From positions 18,866,819 to 18,930,818 of the forward strand of contig MU054323.1 of the NCBI GenBank assembly GCA_013239625.1: DNA of 64,000 nt. The letters run 5' to 3'. The DNA is from Lama guanicoe. Its lineage: Eukaryota. Made by a program: the position numbers and the translations under genes. The notes under the pieces are model-generated. The model was not told the DNA's origin and did not search any database. It was given only the letters and a program-made list of their open reading frames with translations. This document shows, in pieces, positions 25,204 to 37,800 of the stretch (position 1 is the stretch's first letter; each line of letters opens with the position of its first letter).

Positions 25204-27551
25204 AATATATCTGATTTTTTCAATTGATTCCCTAATACTTAGACATAAACACATGCATGAATTATTTACAATTGATAATTACTATAGAAATATAAATAAA
25301 ATATGGTTTAAATGTTGGAGCTTAAACGAATAGATAACTAGTCATTTTAGAAATCGTTGTTTTTGCAGCTCAACATTGTCCTCTGGCGATTTCAACAAGA
25401 AAACAAGGAAACTAGAGCATATTTCCAACCACATATTCACTCTACACATCGTTTCAACCAAAATAAGTCTTATTTAATTACACACTGTTTTGCAGCCCAG
25501 AGCTGCTATTTTTTCTCTACTCACTTTTTCATGTCTTTCCGTAAATATTCTCTGAATTTAAAGTGCCTGACTGCATTTAAGAGCATTGAATCACTTGCCC
25601 ACAGTGTAACCCGACATACCATTGTCAAAGGCTCTGCCCAGGGGCGCATTTTCTAATAGTCATTGAAGTAGGCAATTGATGGCTCATGCTCCATTGCCCC
25701 ACTTTTTGTGCTAATTTTCATCCTAGTGTCACCAATCATTTCTTCATGAGACTACCTCTCTGTAGGCAGTCTTTCATTCCTTTCCAGTGGGACTCATGAA
25801 CTTGGCCCTATGTGAGGGAGCACTGTTCTCTCCTGGGAAGTTCCTGCCAACCCTTTCCCCTTTCTCCATTTCCAAAGAGTGGACAGAAACAACTGAGAAC
25901 AAACCATATATATATTTAAAGGGGCTTCACTAAAGTTGAGGGAATAATGGAAGGGGAATGTAACTCAGGTGATAACAGAGCTATTCTGCTCCCCCCTGCT
26001 AAAATGGTTCCTTGCATGGGTCCTCAGCTGTGTCCTTCCTAGGATCCCTCTGTCCCCTAGCAGAGAACCACTTACCACCTGTCCACAACTCAGACTGTGA
26101 CCCTCCACAGCCCCTGCCCACAAAGAGAGGATATTTCTTTGCTATATATGTACTTTTCTGTTTCCAGGGTTCCCACTGTCTTTCTTTGGCTTAGTCTCTT
26201 TCAAGGATGACGGAGACCAGGAACATCCATCATATTCCACAGAAAACCCAAACCGCCTTAGGGGTTTACTGTGGTTTTATGGCCTGGAAACGAAAGTCAG
26301 AAGCTATTATAACATTGCTAAATTTACAAAAGCTTGAGTAATTTAATTGTATTCATGTTCACCTTCAGATATCTATCTATGATTATATCTATAGATGATA
26401 TTAAATAGACATTCCTTTTAATTGCCTCCAATGTACAAAGCACATTTGTACTAGAAGAGCCATGCATCTTTATGCAAACCTTTAATATTTCTCAATTACT
26501 TGCTAGATTATATTCAAACTGCTTAGTTTGACATTCAAAACCTCTTATATTCTGATCCCAACCTACATTTCATGGTTATTGTTCCTGTGCACCCTGTGTT
26601 CCATTCAGTCTGATCAGTTGGATAAGCCAACTTTGCATTTCTCTCCCCATGGTTGTCCTAATACAATTAACCTTCCCATAAAAACATGTTTTCATCCAAG
26701 GACAGAATTTTTTAAAAATCCTCTTCACAATATAATTATTAACAAGGCATCATGGAACTCAAAACTAGATGAGCTGGGTTTTTTGTACTAACTTGATTTA
26801 AAATCAGTGTGAAACTAAAATGGTCAGTATTTATGAAAAGAAAGGCCATAGCCCTTGAAGGTTTAAGTAACTAAAACAGTAATATTGCCATTAATATAGC
26901 TTCGAAGAAATAGATATGGATGTAGCCTGAAGCCTGGACCATGGTCTGACTCCCCATGACTTAATAATTGAAGACAAAATAATGACACAGTTTCAAGCAT
27001 CAGAGGACAGGTACAGAGCCCCCTTGAGAGTAGAAAGCAGGTTTGAGTGTGGCTTTCTCATCACTAGGCAAGAAGAGGCACATTAGGAGGAGAAATGTCT
27101 GTTTTGACAGCTGAGAAAACTTGGACCCTTAGCATGTCCCACTGAAGGAAATTGAGGGCAGTGGATTCTGGCTAATTCAAAGAAGGAGGAACTCCGTATC
27201 TTGGAAATAACTGAGAACAATGGTAATGTAATTTTATTTTAATTTCTCCACTGCATCTAGCAGAATTTTGTTTATAAGAAATCAATAAATATGTGCTGAT
27301 GAAATGTATGTGCCAGTGCTAACTGATCACTAGGCTCGAGTTATGCACCGTTCATTCGTGTTTACTATCATTGGTTTACCATTGTTCTTGACTGCTTTGG
27401 CTGGCATCTCCTCTTCCTTTCATTGCTTGTTTTCCCTTTCCTCCTTTTCACTTGATATTTCAGTTAATCAACCTGACCCAGAATTTGCTATCAGGAATTT
27501 ATACTAGCTGAATAATTGACAGATTTTACTTTGGCAATGAGTGAGTCCTTC

Positions 27552-28010
27552 TGTACTGAGAGACTGAATATGCAAATGGACAATGACCAGGCTCTACTTG
27601 AAAACAGAACTCTGATCTACAACCTCTGCAGCAACCAGCCTGGGAAGTCAAACCACAGTCCCTGCAGCAATCAGCCCAGAATGACCGGGACCCCAGCTTC
27701 CCTAATTTTGCCCTCATCCCCTTCATCCAACTTAGGGTCAACCAGAGAAAGCCAGGTGTGTTCCCAGACTGATCATGGAGGATAGCTCTTTTTTTTCAGC
27801 CTGACTCCAATTTCCTCCTGCCAGCAACCTGCACTTAGACCGTACTTTAAAAAGGCTTTTTTCCGCTATAAAGCTTTCCTACTACCATACCTACCTTTGA
27901 GCCTCTCTCTGTCCAAAGCAAGCGCTCATGTCTGACTCTCTTGGTGTAGCAAGCTCTAAATAAATAGCCTCTGCTTGTCCTCATTTAGGTGAGCTTCATT
28001 TGTTTGCACA
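27552..28010 (+). mobile_element. ERV1 solo LTR (MER110/MER90-like)
   Basis: AAAACAGAACTCTGA...CAACCTCTGCAGCAACCAGCC...CAGCTTCCCTAATTTT...CCAACTTAGG...ACCAGAGAAAGCCA; TATAAA at about 27868; ends in ...CACA. Confidence 0.8.
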
Positions 28011-29749
28011 AAATCACCTCCACCAGTATTTATATTGTAAACTTCTAATTTATAACTTAAAAAAGAATGTTTTGCTTCTGTTTGAAATGTGAGTCAAACA
28101 TAGACAAACAGTGGGAAAAAAATTGCTTGAATTCTTGAGAGATGCTTGAGATCGATGGTGGTACAACTCTTTAAATTCTACAGACAATTTGCCAGGACTT
28201 GCTGACAGGAAGAAAGCCTTTGAATCCTCTTAAAGTTATGATGGTATTTGGCAACTACCCAAGCTCTGGTTTACTGAAATAGCTCTCTGCTAAATAGCTA
28301 CTCTTCATCTCTTGCCCGTCTACCATAAATGGATGACAGACAGTTCCTTTTCTTTTTCCTATTGCTGCTCCAAGAATTCAAAGTGTACACAGATTTCCTT
28401 CTAGGATTATATCATCTTATATTTAAGAGTATTTGTGAATTTTTGTTTCTCTTATGTAATATTTTAGGATGTGGCCATGGATGAAGAAACTGAGGCTCAG
28501 GAAATAAATGACTCAATCAAAAGCTAGGGCTGGTAGGTGCCAGATTCATGGTGGGAATCCATCTTGCTCTGATGTTTCAGACCATTTGGTTTCCTCCCAA
28601 TCACACCATTCCTTCTTTTTGTCTCTCATATATGGGTAGCTCTTATTTCTTTGTAGCCACTATTTGAAGGAGGATTCAAAATAAAATGCTCACTATAGCT
28701 TAATGGATGCTAAAAGAAACAGTTTTTGTTTTGTTTTGTTTTATTTTCAGATTTAAAAGTTAGCAAACACAGGAATCATCTTCTTGCTTTATAAGATCAT
28801 AGAACAATTCACAGTCCATGCCTTGTCTTTCTGATGTAATTACCACCCTAGCATTTTAATACAATTGGAATCAAGATAGAGTATTACCATTTGCAACCAA
28901 CTGCCAAAAACTGTGTATCTAAAGTGCATAAGAGACTTCAGTGATTGTGAGGTTATAGGCTGATTGTCTATATACATATTCCATTCATTCTTACTTTAGA
29001 ATGAATTAGAAACATCTAATTAATATTATACCATTGATTATTGTCATGAATCACTACTTAAAAGCCTGGGTGAGGCAAGATATCCTCAACATAGTGTAGA
29101 AATACGAAAGACTACTCTTCCTTGAAAATTACAGAAAAGGAAAAAACGATTAACTAAAAAGTACATTTTATTCTATAAAACTTAAAGAAGGAAAGGGGAC
29201 CCACACAAAGAAAAACACCGAACAGTAAAACAAATAAGTCATAGAAAACAACTGAGGGGGGGTGGTGGTTTTTCCTCACCAAGAATTAAAATAAAATTAA
29301 ATTTGCAGAGTTCATTACGTATTAATGCACATAGGAGACCTTAACCAGTTTACTTGCTCAGCATATGTAATGACCAGCCATGGCATGGTCATTAACCTCA
29401 AGTGCACTTAATCCTTAGACTGGCTTCATCAACACAAAAGCCTCAAGTTTAGTTATACTTCACATCCTCCCTGAGGACTCAATTTGACTGACAGATGCTT
29501 TACAAATAAATAGTTGTATGTATTTCAACCTGTTCCAAAGCTAAATGAAATGTGTTTAATAAAACCAGCCTTGTTGGTACCAGTTGGTCTGTAATCTTTC
29601 TTGAGAGAAGGATGTGTATAAGATTACAATGTCAAATATTATTATTCACCAAAAAGCAATTAGAAAACTTTAATTTTATTGATTCACTATGCTTTATCTA
29701 TCTCTAGAAAGGTTATTGAAAGAACATAATAACAACCTTGAATTTATAT

Positions 29750-29965
29750 AAAGCTCTATCCAGTTATACATTTATAACCATATTATTTTATTTTATCCTC
29801 CAAAGATTCAGCAAAATATGTATAAAAGTATTACTATCTGTTTTTTTAATGGATTGAGGAAATAAGTCTAAGAGAAAATCAGTGGCTGGTCGAAGGTTAC
29901 ACAATCAGTTGGTGACAGAGTCAGATTAGGGCTTTTGTTTCTCCTAAGGCCTTGCCTTTACAGCC
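29750..29965 (-). mobile_element. MIR SINE (degenerate)
   Basis: TTTTATCCTC...TATTACTATC...GAGGAAA...GAAGGTTACACA...TGGTGACAGAG. Confidence 0.55.
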
Positions 29966-30113
29966 CACTGAGTTAGATGCGACCACTCTGAAATATTCAG
30001 TATAGCATTAATTTAATTCCATGTTTTTGTATACACAACCAGTGAATGGTTTTAATTTTTTGTATTTATCGCTACTGATTATAATCAATATAATTGTATT
30101 TACAGTACACTAT

Positions 30114-30292
30114 ACCAATGTTCTTCAAACTTTTTTGGAGGCAAGAATCACCTGTGTGCTTATTTCAAGATGACAAAAAAATTGCAGTTCTCAGACTCAC
30201 TGAAAGAAAATATCCAACGTTGAGGTTTAGTGATCTATATATGAATAACTTCCACAGGGGTATTTAGCTCCAGGGAAACTGGAAATCAATGA
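30114..30292. mobile_element. MER5-like DNA transposon fragment
   Basis: CAATGTTCTTCAAACTTT...AGAATCACCTG...GGAAATCAATG. Confidence 0.4.
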
Positions 30293-32076
30293 TCTAAATC
30301 AATCGCAAAATAACACAGTAGATCCAGTAAATGTATTTATTTTTTTAATACATATATAATTTTTCAGATTATTTTCCATTTTAAGTTATTACAAAATATT
30401 GAGTATAGTTCCCTGTGCTATACAGTAAGTCCTTGTTACTTATATTTTATGTATAGTAGTTTGTACCTGTTAATCACATAAACCTAATTTATCCCTCTCC
30501 ACTTCCTTTTACCATTGGTAAGCATAATTTTGTTTTCTATGTCTGTGAGTCTGTTTCTTTTTGGTATATAGATTCATTAGTATTATTTTAGATTCCACAT
30601 ATAAGTGGTATATCATTTGTTTTTCTCTGTCTGACTTAGTATGATATTCTCCATGTACAGCCTTGTTGCTGCAAATGGCAATATTTTAATCTTTTATATG
30701 GCTGAGTGATATTCCATTGTATATATCACATCTTCTTAAACTAATTGTCTGTTGATGGGCACTTGGGTTGTTTCCATATCTATTGTAAATAGTCTTGCTA
30801 TGAACATTGGGGTACATGTACCTTTTCAAATTAGAGTTTTCATCTTTTCCAGATATTTCCCCAAGAGTGGGACTGCTGGATCGTATGTTATCTTATCTCT
30901 ATCTTCAGTTTTTTTAAGGAAACTCCATACTATTTTCCCTAGTGGCTGCACCAATTTACATATACATACATATATTCCTTTTCATTATAGGTTACTACAA
31001 GATATTGACTATAGTTCCCTGTGCTATACAGTACAAACTTGTTGTTTATTTGATACAGAGTAGTTAGTATCTGCAAATCTCAAACTCCCAATTTATCCCT
31101 TCCCACCCCCATTCCCCACTGGTAACCACAAGTTTGTCTTCAATGTGTATTTTGTGAATAAGTTCGTTTTTGTCTTTTTTTAAGATTCCACATATAAGTG
31201 ATATCATACGTTATTTTTCTTTTGTCTTTTTGACTTACTTCACTTAGAATGATGGTCCATCCATGTTGCTGCAAATGGCATTACTTTATTCTTTTTTGTG
31301 GCTGAGTTGTATTCTATTGTATAAATATACCACAGCTTCTTTATCTAGTCATCTGTTGATAGACATTTAGGACATTTATTTTGTGGTTCTTCTTTATTCT
31401 TTCTTCTTCTTTTTCTTCTTCCTTTTATGGTTTTATGGTTTTCTTTGTATTATGTTTCAGTTCCTTTCTTTATGTATGTTTCTGACTTGTGGTTGCCCTG
31501 GTTTTCAAGTATATTGACACATAAACTATATCTACTTACTTTAAAATGATAATCATATATGTTCAGATACATTCTAAAAGATCTGCATACTCCTTTCCTT
31601 TACATTCTGTAATTTTGATGCCTTATTTTACGTCTTCATGCTTATCCTTTTGCTGTTAATTGAGTTATAATTGCTTTTACATTTTTTTGTTTTGTTTTTA
31701 AATCTATGTACTGGTTTATTCAAGTGATCTTCAATCCTTTTATCTATTTGCCTTTTTTATTGTAATTTTTTCCCTTTCCTATATATTCTTGCTTCTCTTC
31801 TATTTAGAGAAGACCTTTCAGTATTTCTTTCTAGGGTAGGTTTGATATTGCTGTATTCTTTCAGCTTTTCCTTGTCTGAGAAATTATTTATCTCTCCTAT
31901 TCTTAATGATAATCTTGCCGGGTAGAATATCTTAGGTTGCAGGTTTTCCCTTTCAGGACTTTGACTACATCATGTTACTCCCTTCTGACATGCAAATTTT
32001 CTGTAGAGAAATCAGCTGATAGCCTTCTGGGGGTTCCATTGTAATTGACTCTTTTTCTTGCTGTCTGTAGAATCTT

Positions 32077-32274
32077 CTACTTATCTTTAACTTTTGCCAT
32101 TTTAATTATGTTATGTCCTGATGTGGGTCTGTCTGGCTTCACCTTGTTTGGGACCTTCTGTGCTTCCTGTACCTGGATATCTGTTTCCTTCCTTAGGTTT
32201 GGATATTTTTCAGCCATAATTTCTTCAAGTATCTTTTTGATCCCCTTCTCTCTCTCTTCTGCTGGAAACTCCAC
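32077..32274 (-). pseudogene. L1 ORF1p fragment (RRM region), disrupted
   Basis: Translation EEREKGIKKILEEIMAEKYPNLRKETDIQVQEAQKVPNK...RPTSGHNIIKMAKVKDK is recognisable L1 ORF1p; the surrounding frame is broken. Confidence 0.9.
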
Positions 32275-34100
32275 TATGTGTAGGTTGTCACACTTTATAA
32301 TACCCTGTAGATTGTGTAGGTCGCTTTCATTTTTAAAAATTTGTCTTTCTGTCTATTCTGTTTGGGTGATTTCTATTATTCTATCTTGCATTTAATTTAC
32401 CCTTTTGCATTATTTAGGCTGTTATTCATTATTTCTAGATTGGTTTTTATTTCGGTAATTGTGTTGTCTAATTTTGATTGGTTCCTTTTTATAGTTTCTA
32501 GATCCTTGTTACAGTTATCTACACTTCTATCAATAATCTTTCTAAATTCTTTAGCATTTTTATTACCTCCTTTTTGAACTCAGGGTCTAGTAGACTGGTG
32601 AGGTCTGTTTCACTATTTGTTCTTTCAGAGGATTTATCTGTTCTTTAAACTGAGAGTAGTTCCTTTGCTTTTTCATTTTAATTAACTTTTCTGCCTCTAT
32701 AAATTTAGGAGAAAAAGTATCTACTGTGATCTTGAAGGGGTTATTTCATGAGGGAACATCCCTGTGCAGACTGTGTTGGTCCAGTATTTTTGGTGTGAGG
32801 GCTGATTTTGGTATGGATGCCAGCCACATCTTCCCTCAGATTGTGCTGGCCGTTACCCCTTTGATAGAGGGTGTGATTGGTGTTAGGGTGTCCAGAGCCA
32901 GCACTGGATGTTGAGAGGGGCCTCCTCTTTGCTCTGTGGTTTTCACAGCCATATTGGGGGCGGGGTCTTCTCCCCAGTTGTTGGAGTAGAATTCCTGAGG
33001 GTCGGATTTGATAGAGCCCTATTGCCCTTGAAGTTCTGCTCTGTCCCCAAGGAATTGAGTTTTGAAACAGTTGAGGCCCATATGATCACAGAAAACCTAT
33101 CTGCCACTCGTACAGGCATCCATGGTTCTGCCTAGAAGCAGCCGAAAGTAGCACCCCTTCCTCCACTGTCTTCCTTTTAGACCTAGTGCTTGGCTGCTGC
33201 TGGGGGCTAAGGTGCTGTGGCTGCAGGAATTGAGGTCTTTGTGCAGCTGCCTGGGACCCGGACTGCCTCTGTGGCAAGTCTCTCCCAGGGCTTGTCTGCC
33301 CCAGATCTGGTTGCAAGCTGTGGAATAGGGTGAGTGGAACCCGAGTGCCCTCCCCCCTGGAAAGGAACCTCTGCGTACTCCTCCCCAGGGAACATTCACT
33401 AGATACATGTGTTTCTCTTGCCACCTTGTGTGCCCACCAAGAAAGTCCTCCACTTCTGGACCTGCCCCTGTAGTGCACCTCTGATGATGAGTTCAGAAGC
33501 CAGCCTTGTCCCTGCCATGTGAGTGCCCACAAAGTCCACCACAGCTGGACTTGCCCCCTGCTATGTGTGCTGATATGGTCTCGAGGTTTGGCCAGGACCA
33601 CATCCCAGGCCCTCCAGGCTGTCTCTACTCAGTTAGATCAAGTTCTCTCCCAGGACCCACCTACCCAAGATTCGGCACCTAGCTGCTGCCCGTACTTGCG
33701 GCCCCACCTGGTGCACCATTCCGGCTGGGAGGTGCAGGGAGGTGGCGGCCATCAGCACAGCCTGTCTCTGCCCAGGTTGCTAGTGAGCCAGCATGCGTGC
33801 ACTCCTCCAGAGCAGAGTCCAGGGTCCTCCAGCCCTTCTGTCGGTCCCGGTGGACCTCACAGCAGGCAAGGAGGCTCCCCAGGGGGAGAGTCTGCTTCTG
33901 TGGACCTTGCCTCCTTCACAGATTCCCTCCCGACGGTGCTGGTGCCTTTGTTTTCCTGTCCTTCCCAGTTCTGTGGAGACCTTTCTTGAAGCTTTGGTTG
34001 TATAAGAGGTCGTCTTCTAGTTTTCTGCAAGAATTGTTCCACATGTAGAGGTATTTTTGAAATGTTTTTTGGGGGGAGATGAGCTCCACGTCCTCCTACT

Positions 34101-34112
34101 CTGCCATCTTGA
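34101..34112 (-). promoter_or_regulatory. YY1 site of the L1 internal promoter
   Basis: CAAGATGGC on the minus strand about 10 nt from the L1 5' end, the known position of the L1 YY1 element. Confidence 0.7.
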
Positions 34113-36869
34113 TTCTCCTCCCAGTAAGCACGTTTGTAAGTGTGGAATTACCACACGTGTTTTAAAATAATGTTGTATATAACAAAATAGAATCTGTACA
34201 ACACAAAGGGAGAATTTTTACCCAATTGTAATCATGCCTTATAAGAAATGTAAAAATGTTCAAGAGAGAGAGATTAGAATGGTGAAGACACAGACATCTT
34301 TATGGAATGATAAATAGTTAATGGAACGGTGAAGCTTAAGAGGGATGTAAAGAATTTCATATCTCTCTTTAAAGTATTTGAAGAATTGTCCTGAGAGAAA
34401 AAGAGGGAATTGTGCTCTTAACTAATGGTGAGCACATATTAGATGCCCAATAGATATGACAGGAATGAATTGTCACGTCAATGAATGAGTGATTGAATTA
34501 ACAGAACCAGCAGAATGAAGGAAAAGCAAAGGATGAAAGGTATAGGGGAATAAATATCACTTTAATGTAAAGACTAATGCTCTCTTGAAAAGAGCTGCCC
34601 ATAGAGGTTTAAATCAGCAAATTGCCTTGGGTGGATTGAAAAATCAGATTACAATTATTATTTTTTCTCAATAAAATTGAGAAGAGAGACAATGGTTCTC
34701 ACTAAAATTACACATCTTGCAAAAAACTAGCCTTTTCTGGAGCTGCATCTAGCTTCAAAAGCTAGCCTTCAAACTAGTATTATTTTTAATTTTCATAACA
34801 TATTGAAGCTAATTTTTAACACATGAAAGCAATTTTAGGATGCAAGTTGTTCTGGGAAAGAAAATTTCAAATATTTTTGAATTAAATATGTATTTCCAAC
34901 TGTTTCTAGCATGAAGAAACCAATATTCACGATAATAATGTCTGTGTTCTCTCATCTAGAAACTGTGCTGCAAGTTTCATACGTCCCTTAACACCAATAC
35001 CAAACCAGGTCTAGGGAAATAGAGTAATGTGCTATAATATATAAGTTTTTTTGGATTTTGGGAGGTTTGGCACTTTACTCAGTGTCACACATACGTTGTG
35101 GAGCAAAGATTTATATCTGTGTGTGTTTTTTTTTAAATCATGTGCTTTTTAACTTAGGTGATTTTTTCCCCTGCAGAAAGCCTTCCTTCTTTACTGTTTC
35201 TTTTCTGAATTGAATTAGTGTCGTCATTCTATGTTGCCTAATCAACACTCTCTAGTAGGTAAATAACACACAATGTATAGCAAAATAAATCCCAGGAGTT
35301 TCAACCGAGTTAAATGATATCTGAAGATAAGTGAAAATGGAGCAAGTGCTTTTATTAGGAAAATGCTACATTGAAATGCCATTATCATTTTTGGAAAATG
35401 CATACTGACAGGAAATTTTAAAATTTGTAGCAGACATTCCTTGAGGGGGGATTTTTTTAGAGTCAGAATATGAACTGATATTGGAACTCACGCAAGAAAC
35501 AGTCAGTAAAGCAATGAGTTTTGTGTGATGGACAGAGGGATTTGAAGATATGTAGTAAGATTTGCAATAGAAATCCTTTATCCAATATTTTTTTTAAAAA
35601 ATTATTGAAATGGAGGAGTAGAAATGATACCAGTTATCAAATGTGGAAAATCCTACGGAAGACAGGAATCACTTAAGTATTTGCTTTTGTGATGAAGTCA
35701 AGATTTATTCATTCTACTCTCTTCATCTTGCAAGTAGAGAATTTTATCTTTGCATCCAAGTTATTAAATGCTAATAACCTATGTTATCGAAATTTTACAC
35801 TTGAATTGTTCTCATGGCTTTCTACTAGATTTTTCCACCCTCAACAACTAAATTTGTGATTCTGATATTGCTATCAACTCCCCTAAAATGAATAAGATAT
35901 GATCATTAAATGAACATGTTTCAGTCAAATAATCCAGTTTAAAAAAAAAAGAATGGAAAGAAACTTTCTGTTCTACATTCTTATTCCATTTTATCAGTAG
36001 GTCTGAGGAAAAACATACCCTTTCTTGCCACTTTCCCTCACTGTGCCTAAAATACTGCATCACAGTTCAGAGTTTTGGTCCTTTACTTTGCACATCACTG
36101 AGTGTGCTGTAGGCTTCGTAGGTGATAAGGGACACGGCTTCTCTGAGACTGCTGGAGAAGGAAGCCTCCAAAAGTACGTATCGGATACAAATGCCACCAA
36201 GACTGTACATCCCTTTTTATTTGCAAAATCATACCCAGATAAAAATAGAAATTAAACAAGTTAATGCTACACAGCTGCAGATCAGAAATATGCATTTGTT
36301 TATTGCTCCTTGACTGACCTTTGACAGGTTATGTAATCCTGTTCCCTAATTTTTCCAAGTGGTTTGTATTGCTAAATGCACTATATAAAATCACAGCAGG
36401 ACATTTCTGTCACCTTTGGCCGTCTTCTTAGTGAGTACTCCTACTGGGTGAATCAGTGTTCTTTTTTAAATGGCAATCAAAATTCTCTCCAGTTCTCTGA
36501 ATTTATTGTGTATATCAGCATATCTCCAAATAGTCATAAATAAGTCTCACGGATACTCCAGTTCACGTGGTGTAATACTGTCATATGCGACTTACACTGT
36601 GTGGTTAGTACATGGAGGAATGTTTCATTTGTTCTAATAATATGCTGGTCATCAGATTAGCCTCCTCCACAAGGGCAGTTTGGAGTCTCTCAGCTCTGAA
36701 TTTGAAAGCACAACGCTGTAATAGGAGTGTGAACTTGAGTCCATAGCTAACATTTTTGTGTAAATTGATGTTCTCATCTTTATAAGAGGGAAATATATTC
36801 ATCTCAAAGATTATTGCAAGTATAAAGGGAGAAAAAAAGAGAAAACCAGTCATATAGTCAGAGTTCAAA

Positions 36870-37160
36870 AAGTTTTAGTTATCTCAATCATCAGTAACAC
36901 TCTTCTTGATAGTAGATACTAATTTTACTGGCTAATATTTATTGACTGTTTCCCAAATAATCCATAGATTAGATGATTTCCAATCAAAATCCCAATAGCA
37001 TTATTTCTAAAACTTGGTAATCAGATTCCAAAATTTATGAGGAAGATCAAATGACTAGGTCTGATTAGGTCATGCTTGAAAACGAGCAGAACGTAAGCTT
37101 CTTCTACCTGATACTCTGATATACTATAAAGTTGTAATTAGTGTGGTGTGGTATGGATAT
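36870..37160 (+). mobile_element. Old L1 ORF2 fragment
   Basis: CCATAGATT...CCAATCAAAATCCCAA...ATTCCAAAATTTAT...TACTATAAAG matches the L1 'YRFNAIPIKIP' region. Confidence 0.75.
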
Positions 37161-37204
37161 AACGGCAGGTAAAATGACTAAGTTCTAAACTGAGATGTTA
37201 GCTA

Positions 37205-37288
37205 TACACACATATATGCATATGTATATGTATATGTATATGTATATCCACATTATACATACATACATAATACATACATACATATATC
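37205..37288. repeat. (TATATG)n/(ATAC)n compound simple repeat
   Basis: Read directly. Confidence 0.9.
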
Positions 37289-37619
37289 CAGTGCTGAGGA
37301 TACCTAGCTGTTTGGTGTATCCTAGGTCATACTGCATGTTGTTATTTTAGTCCTTCAGCTGCCACTCCCCCCATTATTTTACATTTATGCAAACATTACA
37401 TAGATATCTTTATTAGAAGCTTCAATTTTAGCATAAATCGGAAGTCTTCCCATTGGTTATATATTCATTAATTTGTCCAGAGCTCTTTGTCTCAGTATTT
37501 TCTGATAAACCCACTCATCTTACACATGCCGTGTCTCCCTACTGTGGTAGAACTTAGAGAGCAATAACTGTAGAAGATGCTGGAGAAGTCACACCGTGTG
37601 AAAGAGCACATTTATTCTT

Positions 37620-37800
37620 TAGGGAAATTCTCAGCCTTCAACCTGCATAAACATGGTCTGGAGAGCATGATTAAATCAACACCTAGGCTGTACCCCAGAT
37701 GATCTGATTCTGCAGGTCTGGGATGAGGCTTGAGAATTTCATTTCTAGCAATGTCCCAGGAACGCTGCTATCGGTTTAGAACTACATACTGAATAGCACT
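37620..37800. mobile_element. MER5A hAT-Charlie MITE
   Basis: CCCCAGATGATCTGATTCTGCAGGTCTGGGATGAGGCTTGAGAATTTCATTTCTAGCAATGTCCCAGG is the MER5A core. Confidence 0.85.

Larger units (their letters stand above)
30339..34120 (-). mobile_element. Composite LINE-1: 5' UTR plus ORF1 (31371-34120) joined to two tandem 3' ends (30339-30960 and 30961-31370); most of ORF2 absent
   Basis: The minus-strand start GAGGAGAATCAAGATGGCAGAGTAGGAGG is a typical L1 5' end. GC-rich 5' UTR at about 32700-34120, ORF1 remnant, and two copies of the 3' UTR motif ATAGTTCCCTGTGCTATACAG. Candidate TSD CCAGTAAnnnnnTTT at 30324-30338 and 34121-34135. Confidence 0.9.

Noticed and set aside
28724..28750. Strong-looking splice acceptor (TTTTG)n...TTTTCAG
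   Set aside because: The pyrimidine tract is a simple repeat, and I found no convincing downstream donor or coding frame.
32700..34120. GC-rich block as a gene promoter CpG island
   Set aside because: It is the 5' UTR of an L1, and most CpGs have decayed.
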